The translations under genes and the position numbers were made by a program. Shown one piece after another: positions 36,705-47,511 of a stretch of 64,000 bases of DNA. Numbering within the stretch: the stretch's first letter is position 1; every line of letters begins with the position of its first letter. The notes beneath the pieces were generated by a model that was given only the letters and a program-made list of their open reading frames with translations, was not told the DNA's origin and searched no databases. This DNA is from Oikopleura dioica. Taxonomy: Eukaryota; Animalia; Chordata. The stretch is from positions 15,376,001 to 15,440,000 of the forward strand of contig OU015567.1 of assembly GCA_907165135.1 (NCBI GenBank). The letters are read 5' to 3'.

Positions 36705-37655
36705 TAGGCTTACCGGACTAAATTTCGACCCTTATTTCTAGCTTAGTGTGGTGGTCATATGACACAGTTTTAGAAAGCCCAGCTTCTGGGCTTTCATTTG
36801 AGCACAAATTCAAGGGGTCTGGGTCATGCCCGCAAGGCAATTCATGGGACCTGAAGTCCAAAAATAGGTACTAGAATCCTTCAAACTATTTTTTTCGATG
36901 CCCGTCCGGGCTCGAGAGTAGTCAAGAGTCATATATTTAGAAAGCTCAGGCTCTGAGCTTTCAGAAGAGCTCAAGAAATCTTAGCGCCAAACCGTTTGTG
37001 GCCACCTGGAGGCGCTAGAAGTTGGCGGTGAGAATCCGGAAATGCCGGGAAACTCGGTTTTTGAGTTCTTAACTCTATAATTATATGTATAAAACATATA
37101 TAAACAATAATTAACGCATTAAAAAGTTGAACCGGGGTCAAACCGGGTGGTCAACCGGGTGGTTCATCGTGGGCCATATTTCCATATTTTTGAAGGTTTC
37201 TTGAGTTGAACCACCCGGTTCGACCGCGGTTCAATTTTTTAATGCGTTAATTATTGTTTATATATGTTTTATACATATAATTATAGAGTTAAGAACTCAA
37301 AAACCGAGTTTCCCGGCATTTCCGGATTCTCACCGCCAACTTCTAGCGCCTCCAGGTGGCCACAAACGGTTTGGCGCTAAGATTTCTTGAGCTCTTCTGA
37401 AAGCTCAGAGCCTGAGCTTTCTAAATATATGACTCTTGACTACTCTCGAGCCCGGACGGGCATCGAAAAAATAGTTTGAAGGATTCTAGTACCTATTTTT
37501 GGACTTCAGGTCCCATGAATTGCCTTGCGGGCATGACCCAGACCCCTTGAATTTGTGCCCAGATGAAAGCCCAGAAGCTGGGCTTTCTAAAACTGTGTCA
37601 TATGACCACCACACTAAGCTAGAAATAAGGGTCGAAATTTAGTCCGGTAAGCCTA
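36705..37655. mobile_element. 951-bp near-perfect foldback element (hAT-like)
   Basis: TAGGCTTACC...GGTAAGCCTA; arms over 400 bp and nearly identical; perfect 8-bp TSD GGTATATT at 36697-36704 and 37656-37663. Confidence 0.93.
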
Positions 37656-38125
37656 GGTATATTACTGTAACTGCCAATTCTCAAAATATGTTCAACTGTA
37701 AATAAAAATCATGAAAATCATTAAAACTGATGTTTTGATTCGTTGAAGGGTGAAATTAAATTGAAAAGAAGTCAGCGCAAATTATCTCTATCAAAATTTC
37801 TTCGCTTTTTTTTATTTTTCTTGGTCAAGTGTAAATAAACCGAGTGGGGCGCAATTTCGCGATTTTGGATTTTGACGCTGTCAAGTGGCCGCACTGGCGA
37901 TTGGGAGTGCCTAATTCACACCCTTTCCCGGCCCGGCCCTTCTATAGTCTAAGAGCCCCTAGTTATCTTACAAAAACAGACCGACTTCGATAAAACTACG
38001 TGTTCTCTAGCTATAAATCTTCTACGCTAGACATTGGCATCAAGAATTTCAGACAAAAATGTCAATTTTTCTTATCACTAATTACAAATCTAATTACTAG
38101 TAGTAAATTACTGCCCCATATCAGC

Positions 38126-38240
38126 TCAGCTGTCTCCAACACCCCTCCAGCTGTGGATATCTCCCCAGTCGATCGAAATTTGCTCCTCCCCCAGTCGATC
38201 CACACCTGCTCAGCGCTAGAGCGCCCAAAGAGTATATAAG
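38126..38240 (+). promoter_or_regulatory. TATA promoter with three E-boxes
   Basis: CAGCTG x2, CACCTG, duplicated CCCCAGTCGATC, TATATAA near 38234, ~70 nt before the ATG. Confidence 0.5.
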
Positions 38241-38307
38241 AATCTTCCATCAGAAATTTTTCATAACAAACATCATTCAAACAAACAAAAAAATAAAAAA
38301 AACTCTT

Positions 38308-39003
38308 ATGCAACTTGAAAATATCATGAGTTCGACCGACAACTACGACAAAACCCTCGGTCTCATTTTTGTCCTCCTCGCCTTTATCGTCATCATGACA
38401 ATCTTCGTCGCCGCTTTCTTTCTCTACGCAAGACTTTGCCTTGGCTTCGGCGTGGAAAGAGGCTACCCGATCAAAGACGACGACTTCTCCTTCTTCAAAG
38501 GCCGCGTTCCCACCTTCGCCGGCCCGAATCAAACATTTTCGAAGAGTTTCACCTACCACATCGCCTCTTCTCCGATTCCTCCCAGCCCCGCTCGAGTCAA
38601 GCTCCTGAATCTGCTCTCCGAAGCCCAACCAATTTCGACCCCGAAGCTCTGGCTCAACACAAGCAACAGAAACGACAACGCTTATGCTGTCAACATTCCA
38701 ACCATCAACCCTAACGAGATCGTCCACGACATGGAATTCTTCGAAATCGATTCCGAAACTTCCAGCGTTTCTATGTCCAGCACTCAGTCCGGCGTCAACT
38801 GGTTCCACGCGATCAAGGACAAAATCAGCCAAAATCAACAGTACAAAAAATGCAGTGAAAGCGAAACTTCCGATAGCTACGACGAGATCGAAGAATACAC
38901 CCCGCGCAAAACAACAAAAAGAAGAATCGAATATACGAAGACAATCGGGCGAATTCGCAGACAGCTGACGAAGGAATTTGACTTTACCATTTCTACCCTG
39001 TAA
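38308..39003 (+). CDS. Intronless single-pass membrane protein, orphan
   Basis: 231-aa ORF, strong TM (LGLIFVLLAFIVIMTIFVAAFFLYA), Ser-rich tail ending STL, AATAAA downstream. Confidence 0.8.
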   Translation: MQLENIMSSTDNYDKTLGLIFVLLAFIVIMTIFVAAFFLYARLCLGFGVERGYPIKDDDFSFFKGRVPTFAGPNQTFSKSFTYHIASSPIPPSPARVKLLNLLSEAQPISTPKLWLNTSNRNDNAYAVNIPTINPNEIVHDMEFFEIDSETSSVSMSSTQSGVNWFHAIKDKISQNQQYKKCSESETSDSYDEIEEYTPRKTTKRRIEYTKTIGRIRRQLTKEFDFTISTL

Positions 39004-39312
39004 ATAAGTTTAATGAAAATAAACAGGAAAAAAATCAATTATTTGGAAATGTATTTGGTGAACAGTTAGCAGTTGAAATCATGGAAGAGAACATATTTCG
39101 ACGTCAATAAATTTGTTTTTATTTTCGAACTAAACCGATTTATGAAAGTGAATTTTCGGATTACCAATAAGATTGCTGTATTTGGCCTGCCAGCCAATCA
39201 AAACCCTGATCCATAAAATCACTTCATAAATTGGCTTCGCCCTAATTTTCAATAGTGTTAGACATTTTATCCTTAGTTTATCACTATTCATGCATAAATT
39301 GAGATATAATCA

Positions 39313-40384
39313 TTAGAGCTCATCGTGGTGGGTTAGAATTCGTTTTCCCCATTCTGTCGCCTGAGAAGCAAAGAAATGCTTGAAGTTGTTTACAACTTCC
39401 TCTCTCGACAAACGAAGATCGTCGTCCTTGTCGGTTTGGTGCACTAAATTGCTGACTTCCATTTCGATGTGATTTCCATTTTCTGGGCTGATAAAACGAA
39501 TAAGTTCATCTGCATCGAGGTGCCCATCCGCTGGATCTAATGAAAAACGTCGTTAATAATTGCCAACAGAAGCTGTTTAATAAATTACCAACGTCGAGGT
39601 TCTCCTTGAATTTACGCCGTTCATTATTAAGCCATTGTTCATTGACGGTTTTGGCATCTCCAATCACGTGCTAAACCAAGAGTTCATATGTGAACAGAAG
39701 AATGAAAAGTTTTTACCTTCAGAAACTCATCTTCGTCGACGAAGCTATCGTCATTTGTGTCCATAGCTTCGAGAGCTTCTATAGCGAGGCATCTTTGCAT
39801 CCACTCGGCAGTGTGGGGATGGAGAAATGCGCCAAACTCTTCTCGATCCAGTTGACCATCCTATTCTTATTATAAAACTTTCGAACACGATAAACGGACC
39901 TGATTCTTGTCCGCTTCTAAAAATCTTCTAGTGTTTCGTTGATTATCCGCTCGTAACGATTCTTGCTCCTCTTCTGACAATTGTTTTAGTGTCTCTGGGT
40001 TATTGATAATTTCCATCATTCTGTCGTTGTACTCGTTGAAATCGAGAAATCCGTCATTGTTCACGTCAAAATGGGGGAGTTGTTGATGCACATCTTCGTC
40101 TACGCGAATCTGTTCTATCTGAGGATCGAAAAAACTGCAGTGAAAGATAGGTAAAGGAAATTTGGATCCTCTCCTAAATAATGTATCCATGTATGAAGCT
40201 CATTCGGTTCCAAATAATTATCGGCATCAGCATCCATGTCGTCGAAAATCCTCTCCATCATTCTCTTTTTATCTGCTTCTTTCAGCGAGTTGAGGAGTTT
40301 CAGCTCTTCTTTGCTGACCATTCCTTCCAAATGCTTGAAGTCATTTGTAAGTGCGACGTAGGGAAGAACAAGGAAGTTTCTCAT
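39313..40384 (-). CDS. CREC-family multi-EF-hand ER protein (calumenin/reticulocalbin-like)
   Basis: EF-hand loops DADADNYLEPNE, DVNNDGFLDFNE, DTNDDSFVDEDE, DKDDDLRLSREE; EEFGAFLHP; ends HDEL. Confidence 0.9.
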
Positions 40385-41694
40385 AACAAAGATTAGTTCA
40401 ACGAAAAAATATTCTCAGAGGGATGAATGCTCACTTATTCGGCATCGCATGGCCGCGGGGCGCTCTAGTTTGTTAAAGCAATTTTCAGTTTCAGATGAAA
40501 GTTATTTACCAGCCTCGATAATTTATCTGACAAAGTGCATTATTTATTTATTAATGAATCTGATCAATAAATAGTGGTAATAATTCGACAACAGTAAAAA
40601 GACTGAACTTCAGAAATAATTCAAGCGCAAGTTGGAAGAGTACTACTAGAAAATTCCATTCTCAAGGGCCAATAAAAGTAACCTGTTGGTTTCAAATTCA
40701 ATAGAAGCGCTCGCATGCCCCAGGGAAAACTTTGCGTGCCCTGCAGCAGCGCGCGGTGCGCCGCCGGTCCTATCTCGCGGCTTTCTCTTCTCTCTTTTCT
40801 CTTGCTCGAAATTGACAGGTGCCTACATATGTGACCGTCTTCAAGACATTCTGTAGCACTCAATCAAGCAGAGAATTAAACACCGAAAAAGCAAAAAACA
40901 GATCTTCAACAAGATCATTCGTTTTTTAAAAGAGAATTGAAAAAATTCTGAAAACATTCTCCGCTTTTTCTACGACGTGAATGAGACAGAAAAGCCCCAA
41001 GAAGCGAAGAATTCTGGGGATAGTCCAGAAGATTGGCTGATGAAAGCCAGGGCAAGAAGCAACCCCGGATCAATTCGAAAAAACAGCAGAGGATCCAGAA
41101 GCTTAGGCGGTTCACCGTGGTCTGGGGAGACCAATCGCCAGTCTGTGGCAGGTCCAGTAGGGAGAGAACAACCCCTTGGTTCTATGAGCTCACCATGTTC
41201 TGTAAGGAAAGAGGTTTATCTGTCAATTCGCGAACTTGATAAATTGGTCATCATTATTTTCTCGACCCAAAAAGGCCTTTTTTCTTCCCCGCGATTGTCA
41301 TAAATTTTAAATCGTATCCTTTCTCCACAGTACCTTTAAAAAACCTTCTTTGAATTTGGTACGTGACATAAATTTATAGTCAAAGAGCAGTGCTCAATAA
41401 TGAACTTTCAGTGGCGCAAATAAATTACCGTCGAATAGAATAAAGATGTGTATTGAGCTACTGTCAAATTAAATTATCTGCAGGGCTGTCTCATGGAGTC
41501 CACTAATTCAATTAAAGATCCGGATCGATTTTCAATTCTTCTCCATTTCGAATGCGGATGCAAGGGAACAAGGATTAAGCACATCAGAAGTGGATTCTGT
41601 AATATCCGTTGAGACCAATGTTATAATAAACAAACAAATAAATATTCCAGGCAATAATCGTAATATGGAAAATATTTCGGTAAGCTCATTCCTG

Positions 41695-41810
41695 GTTAGT
41701 GTTAGGGGGGGGTTCAAAGGGGTCGAAGCCCCCTAGGTTAGGCCTTAGGGTTAGGTACTAAGTACTTTTACTTTAGGGGGGCCCCGGGTTAGGGTTAGGT
41801 TTTAGGGAGA
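41695..41810. repeat. G-rich degenerate telomere-like tract
   Basis: GGTTAG/TTAGGG units and G runs just upstream of the Spire-like gene. Confidence 0.6.
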
Positions 41811-41863
41811 AACTAAAAGTCTATTCCTACTGTACCGAAGTATTTATCCCTTCTACCGCAATT

Positions 41864-44523
41864 ATGGGAAACAAGGACATTGATAAACCGATGAAAGAAC
41901 TCCTGTATCAACACCAAAGCACTTTCACTCGCCACTTACAAGAAGCCTTCCAGGTTCGGTTCTCCATTGTATTTTTAGTAAGAAATAAACAAGTTATTGT
42001 TCAAGGGAGGGAAAACTCTGATTATTTATAAAATTTAATGACCAAAAACTAGGTCGACCTCCGGGAGACGGTAGAAGCATTAGGGTCTGATTTCATCAGT
42101 CCAAAATATTTTTCCAAGTAAATCAATATAATCAGATCAGTGTCACGGTAAAGAATACAAAAACATACGCACGGGCGCAATACAATATGCATATATCCAT
42201 ATTATATGACGTGAAAGGGAACCACAATAGCGACACCCGTAACACAGAAACAAGCGAGTTTCTCTTCTCAATCTCCTGTACGAACACCCAGCAGAGTTCC
42301 CAGAAATTCCTATCGAAGACAGTTTGAAACAATTCAAGAAACGATGGGCACTGGTTCAAGAGAAACTCATTTTCGCAAGACAATTTTATCCGCCTTTGAT
42401 TGTTGTTTCAGTCAATATGGCTTAATTTAGAGAATATATGGTAATATGGGGCAATGTCATTATTTCACATGACATGAAAGATATTAAAAACTATTGACGA
42501 TGCGAGATTCTGACGTGGATCAATATCATCGATCTATTAAGTGATTAGAGCCTCAGTTACAAGAAGACAGCTTTCCATCAGATTCCACTACAGATCTTAA
42601 ATATCAGTGCTTTTTTGAAACCAGAGATCAGAAACTAGCGAAATGTCCAGATCATGCTCAAAAGTTCCACAGAAAAAGGTAAAGGGTCATCCATGATTTT
42701 GCAACTTTCCTCGTTGATATCAACTATTAAAGCAGCAAGTTATTTTGGAATGGAATGAACATACAATAACGTGTACAGACATGCAAGCTATTTTCACTGA
42801 TAAGCAACTAATTTATCAAATTTTCATAGTCTCAAGTTGAGGCTCTGAGGTGATCTTTTATGCAAGAGTTCGGAAAAAGCCGACTTATTTGCCGTCAAAT
42901 GCTCAATTTGCCGCCTAAAAAATAGAGATCAGCAGTGAGAAGACGGTTGATAACAGGGCTGTTTTTAGCACGTGATCAGAGTCAGTCACATGGATCTTCT
43001 GGATCAGAATGGAGAAGCCGATGAGGTAATAAAAGCAAGTAAATTATTCATAGCGCGACAGGTCGAATAATATTTTCCATTATACTTAATGACCGAGCAT
43101 GATACGATATTCTCTTCTATGTCTTCATTTCATTTTCAGTTTATGTCACTGAAACTGGAACAATACGAGCCTTCGCCGTGGCGTCCGTCTTCAAGCATGT
43201 TTGATTTCGGCGCTTCGTTTCATTCAGGCCCGCCTTTATCCGAACAGATTGCGGGCATGGCGCGGTCGAGTTCTGCTCTCCGAATGTGTCAGATTAGAGT
43301 TCAACAAACAAGCTTCTTTACTTGTCTAGCAGCAAGGCCAATTTGAGAACTCTTTTGATAGTTGAGAGACGAGTACGGTTCACCCCGTCGTTTTAGATCA
43401 CCTACGAGGACACCTCCCCCGGGTCAAAGGTAACGTTCTCTGTCCGACTAATTCGAAGAAACGCTATCTCGCGATCTATAGATTCAAATAGCTTTAATCC
43501 GGATCTTCAGCGGGGATCTTCTACTGAATATTAATTTCTCGCGCTCAATATGTTTATGAATACTTAGAATGATCAAATCAATGTCCACCCAATCTACACC
43601 CAGTCATCGGAGAAATTTTCATCATGAAGAGTGGCGGCCTCCCGTGATGGCTGAAATGGAAACGAGCAGTACTGTCAAAAGAAGTGCAACAATGACAGGT
43701 GATTTCACCCTTGAAAACGTCTTGAAAGTGTTTTAGCTATTCCACAAGCCCAGAGGCGGCATGATATTCTTGTTGGCTCAAAGACGCATGAGCTTTGGTC
43801 GCACCCGATGGGTTTGTGGTTTGAACTTTCCTTCTTTGTATACGCATACATATTTATACAACAATCATCGTTGAACCATCTTCAAACCCATTCAAGAATG
43901 TCTAAAGCTCACTGTCCGAGAACTCTCCCACATTCGCCAAGTCTTCTCAAGAGCTGAAATCGAAAAGTTTCACTCACAGGAACCGGTCTTTTTCAGCAAT
44001 ATATTGCATTGATTTTGGGATCAAAAAAGTAGACCGCGGAATCAGAATCAGACAAAACTCTACGAACTGCTTTCGAAGGAGCAAATCTGCCTAAACTGCA
44101 AAATCCAAAGGTTCAATTGGATGAGCTGGGCGTATCCCTGCGATATCTGTGCGGCTAAAGTCTGCAAAAAATGCCTCAGAAAAGTAGCATCCCCAGTGGA
44201 TGAAGTGCAAGAGGCGGCTGCGTACATGCTTTATCCCTTGGACACTCCTGAAAATCAGGTAAATAATGAACATGCCAATGGGTATTCTCCAATAATAAAC
44301 ATTCTTTCAACAATTAATTCAGGTCAATTGGGACGAAGGTGGAAAGAAACTGTCAGTATGCGACAGTTGCGTCGAACTACTGTCGCACTTAGGTACAGCT
44401 AAATATAAGATTGTGAATATTAAATTAATCCTGTATTCAGTTGAAAACGCGAGGAAAGCGCTAGAAGCCCGAGGTCGCCAGTCAATGGTGTCGAGAAAAA
44501 CGCTGTATCCTACGCATCAATAG
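41864..44523 (+). CDS. SPIRE: Spire-like protein (Spir-box plus FYVE-type zinc finger); 5' structure uncertain
   Basis: LTVRELSHIRQVFSRAEIE (Spir-box), CLNCKIQRFNWMSWAYPCDICAAKVCKKC, CDSC and basic C-terminus. Confidence 0.75.
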
Positions 44524-44684
44524 CATTGTAATGGGCTGTACTTATCAAACCACATCGTTTCTTTTCAGATCTTTTACCTTAATAATTCAAGAGTTTTGTA
44601 TCTATCCTTTCTAAATATAATGATATGACTATTCTTATTTTTTGTTTTATTCGATTTCAATAAAAAATTTACAGTTCTATTACG

Positions 44685-45263
44685 TCAATAAGGACAGTAT
44701 CGAGCAGAGGATGAAGATGCAAGTGGTGGTAGAGGATTGTCTTCTTCAGTGGGAAGAAACGGGATTCCAGTGAATGGGAAGGACGAAAGATCTGGGTAGA
44801 ATTGAGAAAAGGACTGGCATTCTGGGCTCGTTGATTGCGGAATCTGTTGAAAGCAGTTTTGATCCTGAAATGATCCGTTGGGCGAGTAGTAGCCTGATGA
44901 TCCATAAGAGTAGCCGCTCTGGTCGAGAGAAGATGTTGGAGAGGAGTAAGAGTTTGGGTAGATTTGGTCGTAAGAAGATGGGACTTCTGGAGAAGCAAGA
45001 AGTTCGAGTAGATTTTCGATGTGCTCGATTGCTCCCTGGAGAGTGTCGCACTTGGACTTCTTCTTGCCTTTCCATTCGCCGTTTGGAATTACTTTGCGAA
45101 GAGCGTCGAAGGCCTCGTTCATTTCCTTTTGTCGGGCTCGTTCTTGGTCATTTCGACGGAGAATAGCTTCGGGAGAGCGGTACTGCTTTCGCTTGCCAGA
45201 TTTGGTGACGAGGATTTTTCCAGTCATTGTTTTTCGTTGTTTTCTTGCTTGATAGATATTCAA
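44685..45263 (-). CDS. Achaete-scute-like bHLH factor, intronless
   Basis: RRNDQERARQKEMNEAFDALRKVIPNG...KKKSKCDTLQGAIEHIENLLELL plus S/P/Y-rich tail. Confidence 0.85.
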   Translation of the reverse strand: MNIYQARKQRKTMTGKILVTKSGKRKQYRSPEAILRRNDQERARQKEMNEAFDALRKVIPNGEWKGKKKSKCDTLQGAIEHIENLLELLASPEVPSSYDQIYPNSYSSPTSSLDQSGYSYGSSGYYSPNGSFQDQNCFQQIPQSTSPECQSFSQFYPDLSSFPFTGIPFLPTEEDNPLPPLASSSSARYCPY

Positions 45264-45301
45264 GTTGAAATTGATAATGACTGAGATTCTTCAGAATCCG
45301 T

Positions 45302-45454
45302 ATTTATACCCAACTTACTCAATAGCGCCTATGTGCACCTTGTTCAACAATCATGATGAAAGGCAATGGTGCACCTTAACAGCTGGTAGTCTGCGCGCGG
45401 ATCATCAGAGAACTAATTAATGCACCTCATCATCAGCAGGTGAAAATGCAAGTG
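45302..45454 (-). promoter_or_regulatory. Ascl-like promoter: TATA, E-boxes and three TGCACCT
   Basis: TATAAATA on minus near 45302; TGCACCT at 45334, 45370, 45421; CAGCTG 45380; CAGGTG 45437. Confidence 0.5.
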
Positions 45455-45600
45455 CACATAGATTGAATCATACTGATAAGATTTTTTATAACAAAAATAT
45501 TATTTGGGTCTCAATTTCATCAAATGCGCTCATATATTCATTGTTATGTTGAGAGTATCAAGCGCGAAAATTGCTTTATTGGCAAAAAGATGAGTTACAG

Positions 45601-46859
45601 TCAATCGTAACTTGAGGAATCGGAGTCTTCGTCGGAATTGTAATCGTACGAGCTTGTTTCGCTTTCAGAGCTTTTATTGCGTGGTCATAATACAAAAGTC
45701 GTATAATGCGTGAATTTTATAATCACTAGTTCCTACTAAATTCACTAAAATGCTGAAGCTCATTCCTGTAATCATGGTCTCCTGAAGCCTCAGAATTCGA
45801 CTCTGAGTCTTCATCTTGGCTCTCCTCATCAGGGGCAATGTAAACTTCGCCAGAAACATGAATTGATTCCCGGGAAGGAGTATCATGAGAAAGGTCGATC
45901 GGTTGAAAGTGAAAGTTGAGAGGTAGTTCGGCAAGAGTATTTCCATGATCAGATCTTTAATATTTTTAGTGCACTATCCGCGCTAAGATAAAATTACTCT
46001 TCTGATGAGGACTCTTCGTCGTCTACGTCAATTGGATGTGCTGGTTCTAAAAAGGCCTGTTTGATAAAGAAATCAAGGAAGAATACCTGTCTCTGAGCAT
46101 TGCCATTCAATGAAGAAACCGTAACCAGTCTCAGAACAGTCGGTGTAAAATCTTAATCGACTAGATAACTGACTCTTTTGGGTTTAAATTACGTGATATC
46201 AAAAGAGCTTCCAAAATGAAAGGTCCAGTCTTCGTAGATATTTGCTGAAGTTCCACAGAGTTTTCCGCTCGTATATTCGCCGTAGTTGATGATCAAATAA
46301 TCAGCGAAGCAATCTGAAGTCTCCTCCATTGACTTTTTCGGGGTTGAAAGTTTTAGTCTCCTGCATAGAAATGGAAAAAGTATTGATAACCCGTCCCAAT
46401 CGTCGTATTCTCCAAACAAGTGCCGCACAAGGAGTAGACATCGTGACTTTTCTATTTTCATTGTTTCGATAGGGATGCATGGATTGAATGGAGCCTTCAT
46501 TTTGACTTCCCATGATGGACTCGACGATCCTTTTTGGCCAAAAGTAGTGAGAAAAGTCAATGTCTCGTTGTTCCTTTTGATTTTTTTTTAACGAGTAATA
46601 AAACTCCTCAAACCTGGTATGGAGGCTCTGGTTCTTGTTTCTTTTTGCAGGAGTTTGCAGCCGGTACTAATAATGACAATGTAGGAAAGGAATAGAATAT
46701 CTTGGATACCTAAATTCTCCATAGCAGCGGCAAAAACCATGAAGTCGTTCATTATTTTACCAGACTGAATGAGCGCCGTTTCCGTCATATTCGTAAGTCG
46801 TTCCAAGTGCGCAAGTTGGATGTATAACAGCGCTTCGACATGAGAAAGAGAGTTCTCAT
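45601..46859 (-). CDS. CUB-domain protein with acidic tail; 5' end uncertain
   Basis: DCFADYLII...GKLCG...RFYTDCSETGYGFFIEW followed by D/E/S-rich exons. Confidence 0.6.
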
Positions 46860-47511
46860 TTTGAACAGCGTTCTTGGATGACTTATCATTAGTTTTTGAC
46901 TGCTATTTGCTTGATTTCTTAGTGCTCCTTTTAAAAAAACTCTTCCCTGTAAATCAGCAATAGTAAGTTTTAACGTGTCATGTAGAAGTTGTTGCTTTAG
47001 ATGGCCTGCCTCGAGAGCAGCAACTCTTGCCTAGTTTCATATAAAACTAAGAAGAAAATTGTAGAAGAATACCTCAATATTATCTTCTGCTCGTAGAAAA
47101 ACCGCTAGACTGTAAAAGACAAGCGCTCCTCTTATAAACATTTTAGTTCTTTCTCTCTTTTTCAAAAAGTGAGCATTTTACTGGCAATAATAGTGGAAAA
47201 TGAGAAAAGGCGGTTTATCTTTTGCTGCGTCGACAGGAAATCCGAGGAAAAACAGAAAGCGGCGGGGCGCTACCTTTCTCCGTCGGCTGGCGGTCAAGGT
47301 GTTCAGAAAAGAGAATTCGGCCGAAGTTGAAAAATTTTGGAAGAGACTTGATTGATTTTTTTTTTTGACTTATTTTATAAGCAGTGGTACATTTGAGGTA
47401 CAGATTGAAAAGATGGTTAATATTTATTCGCTTGGAAGTGGAGCAGTGTATGGCTTTGAAACTGCAGTGCTCTAAAAACACAAACATAGATCACAACCCT
47501 ATTAACCCTTT

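Noticed and set aside
38062-38838. 258-aa minus-strand ORF
   Set aside because: Antisense to the 38308-39003 ORF, which has the promoter, TM segment and polyA signal.
40900-41303. Overlapping short plus-strand ORFs upstream of the Spire-like gene
   Set aside because: No KIND-like or retroelement motif and no supported splice into the Spire-like exons.
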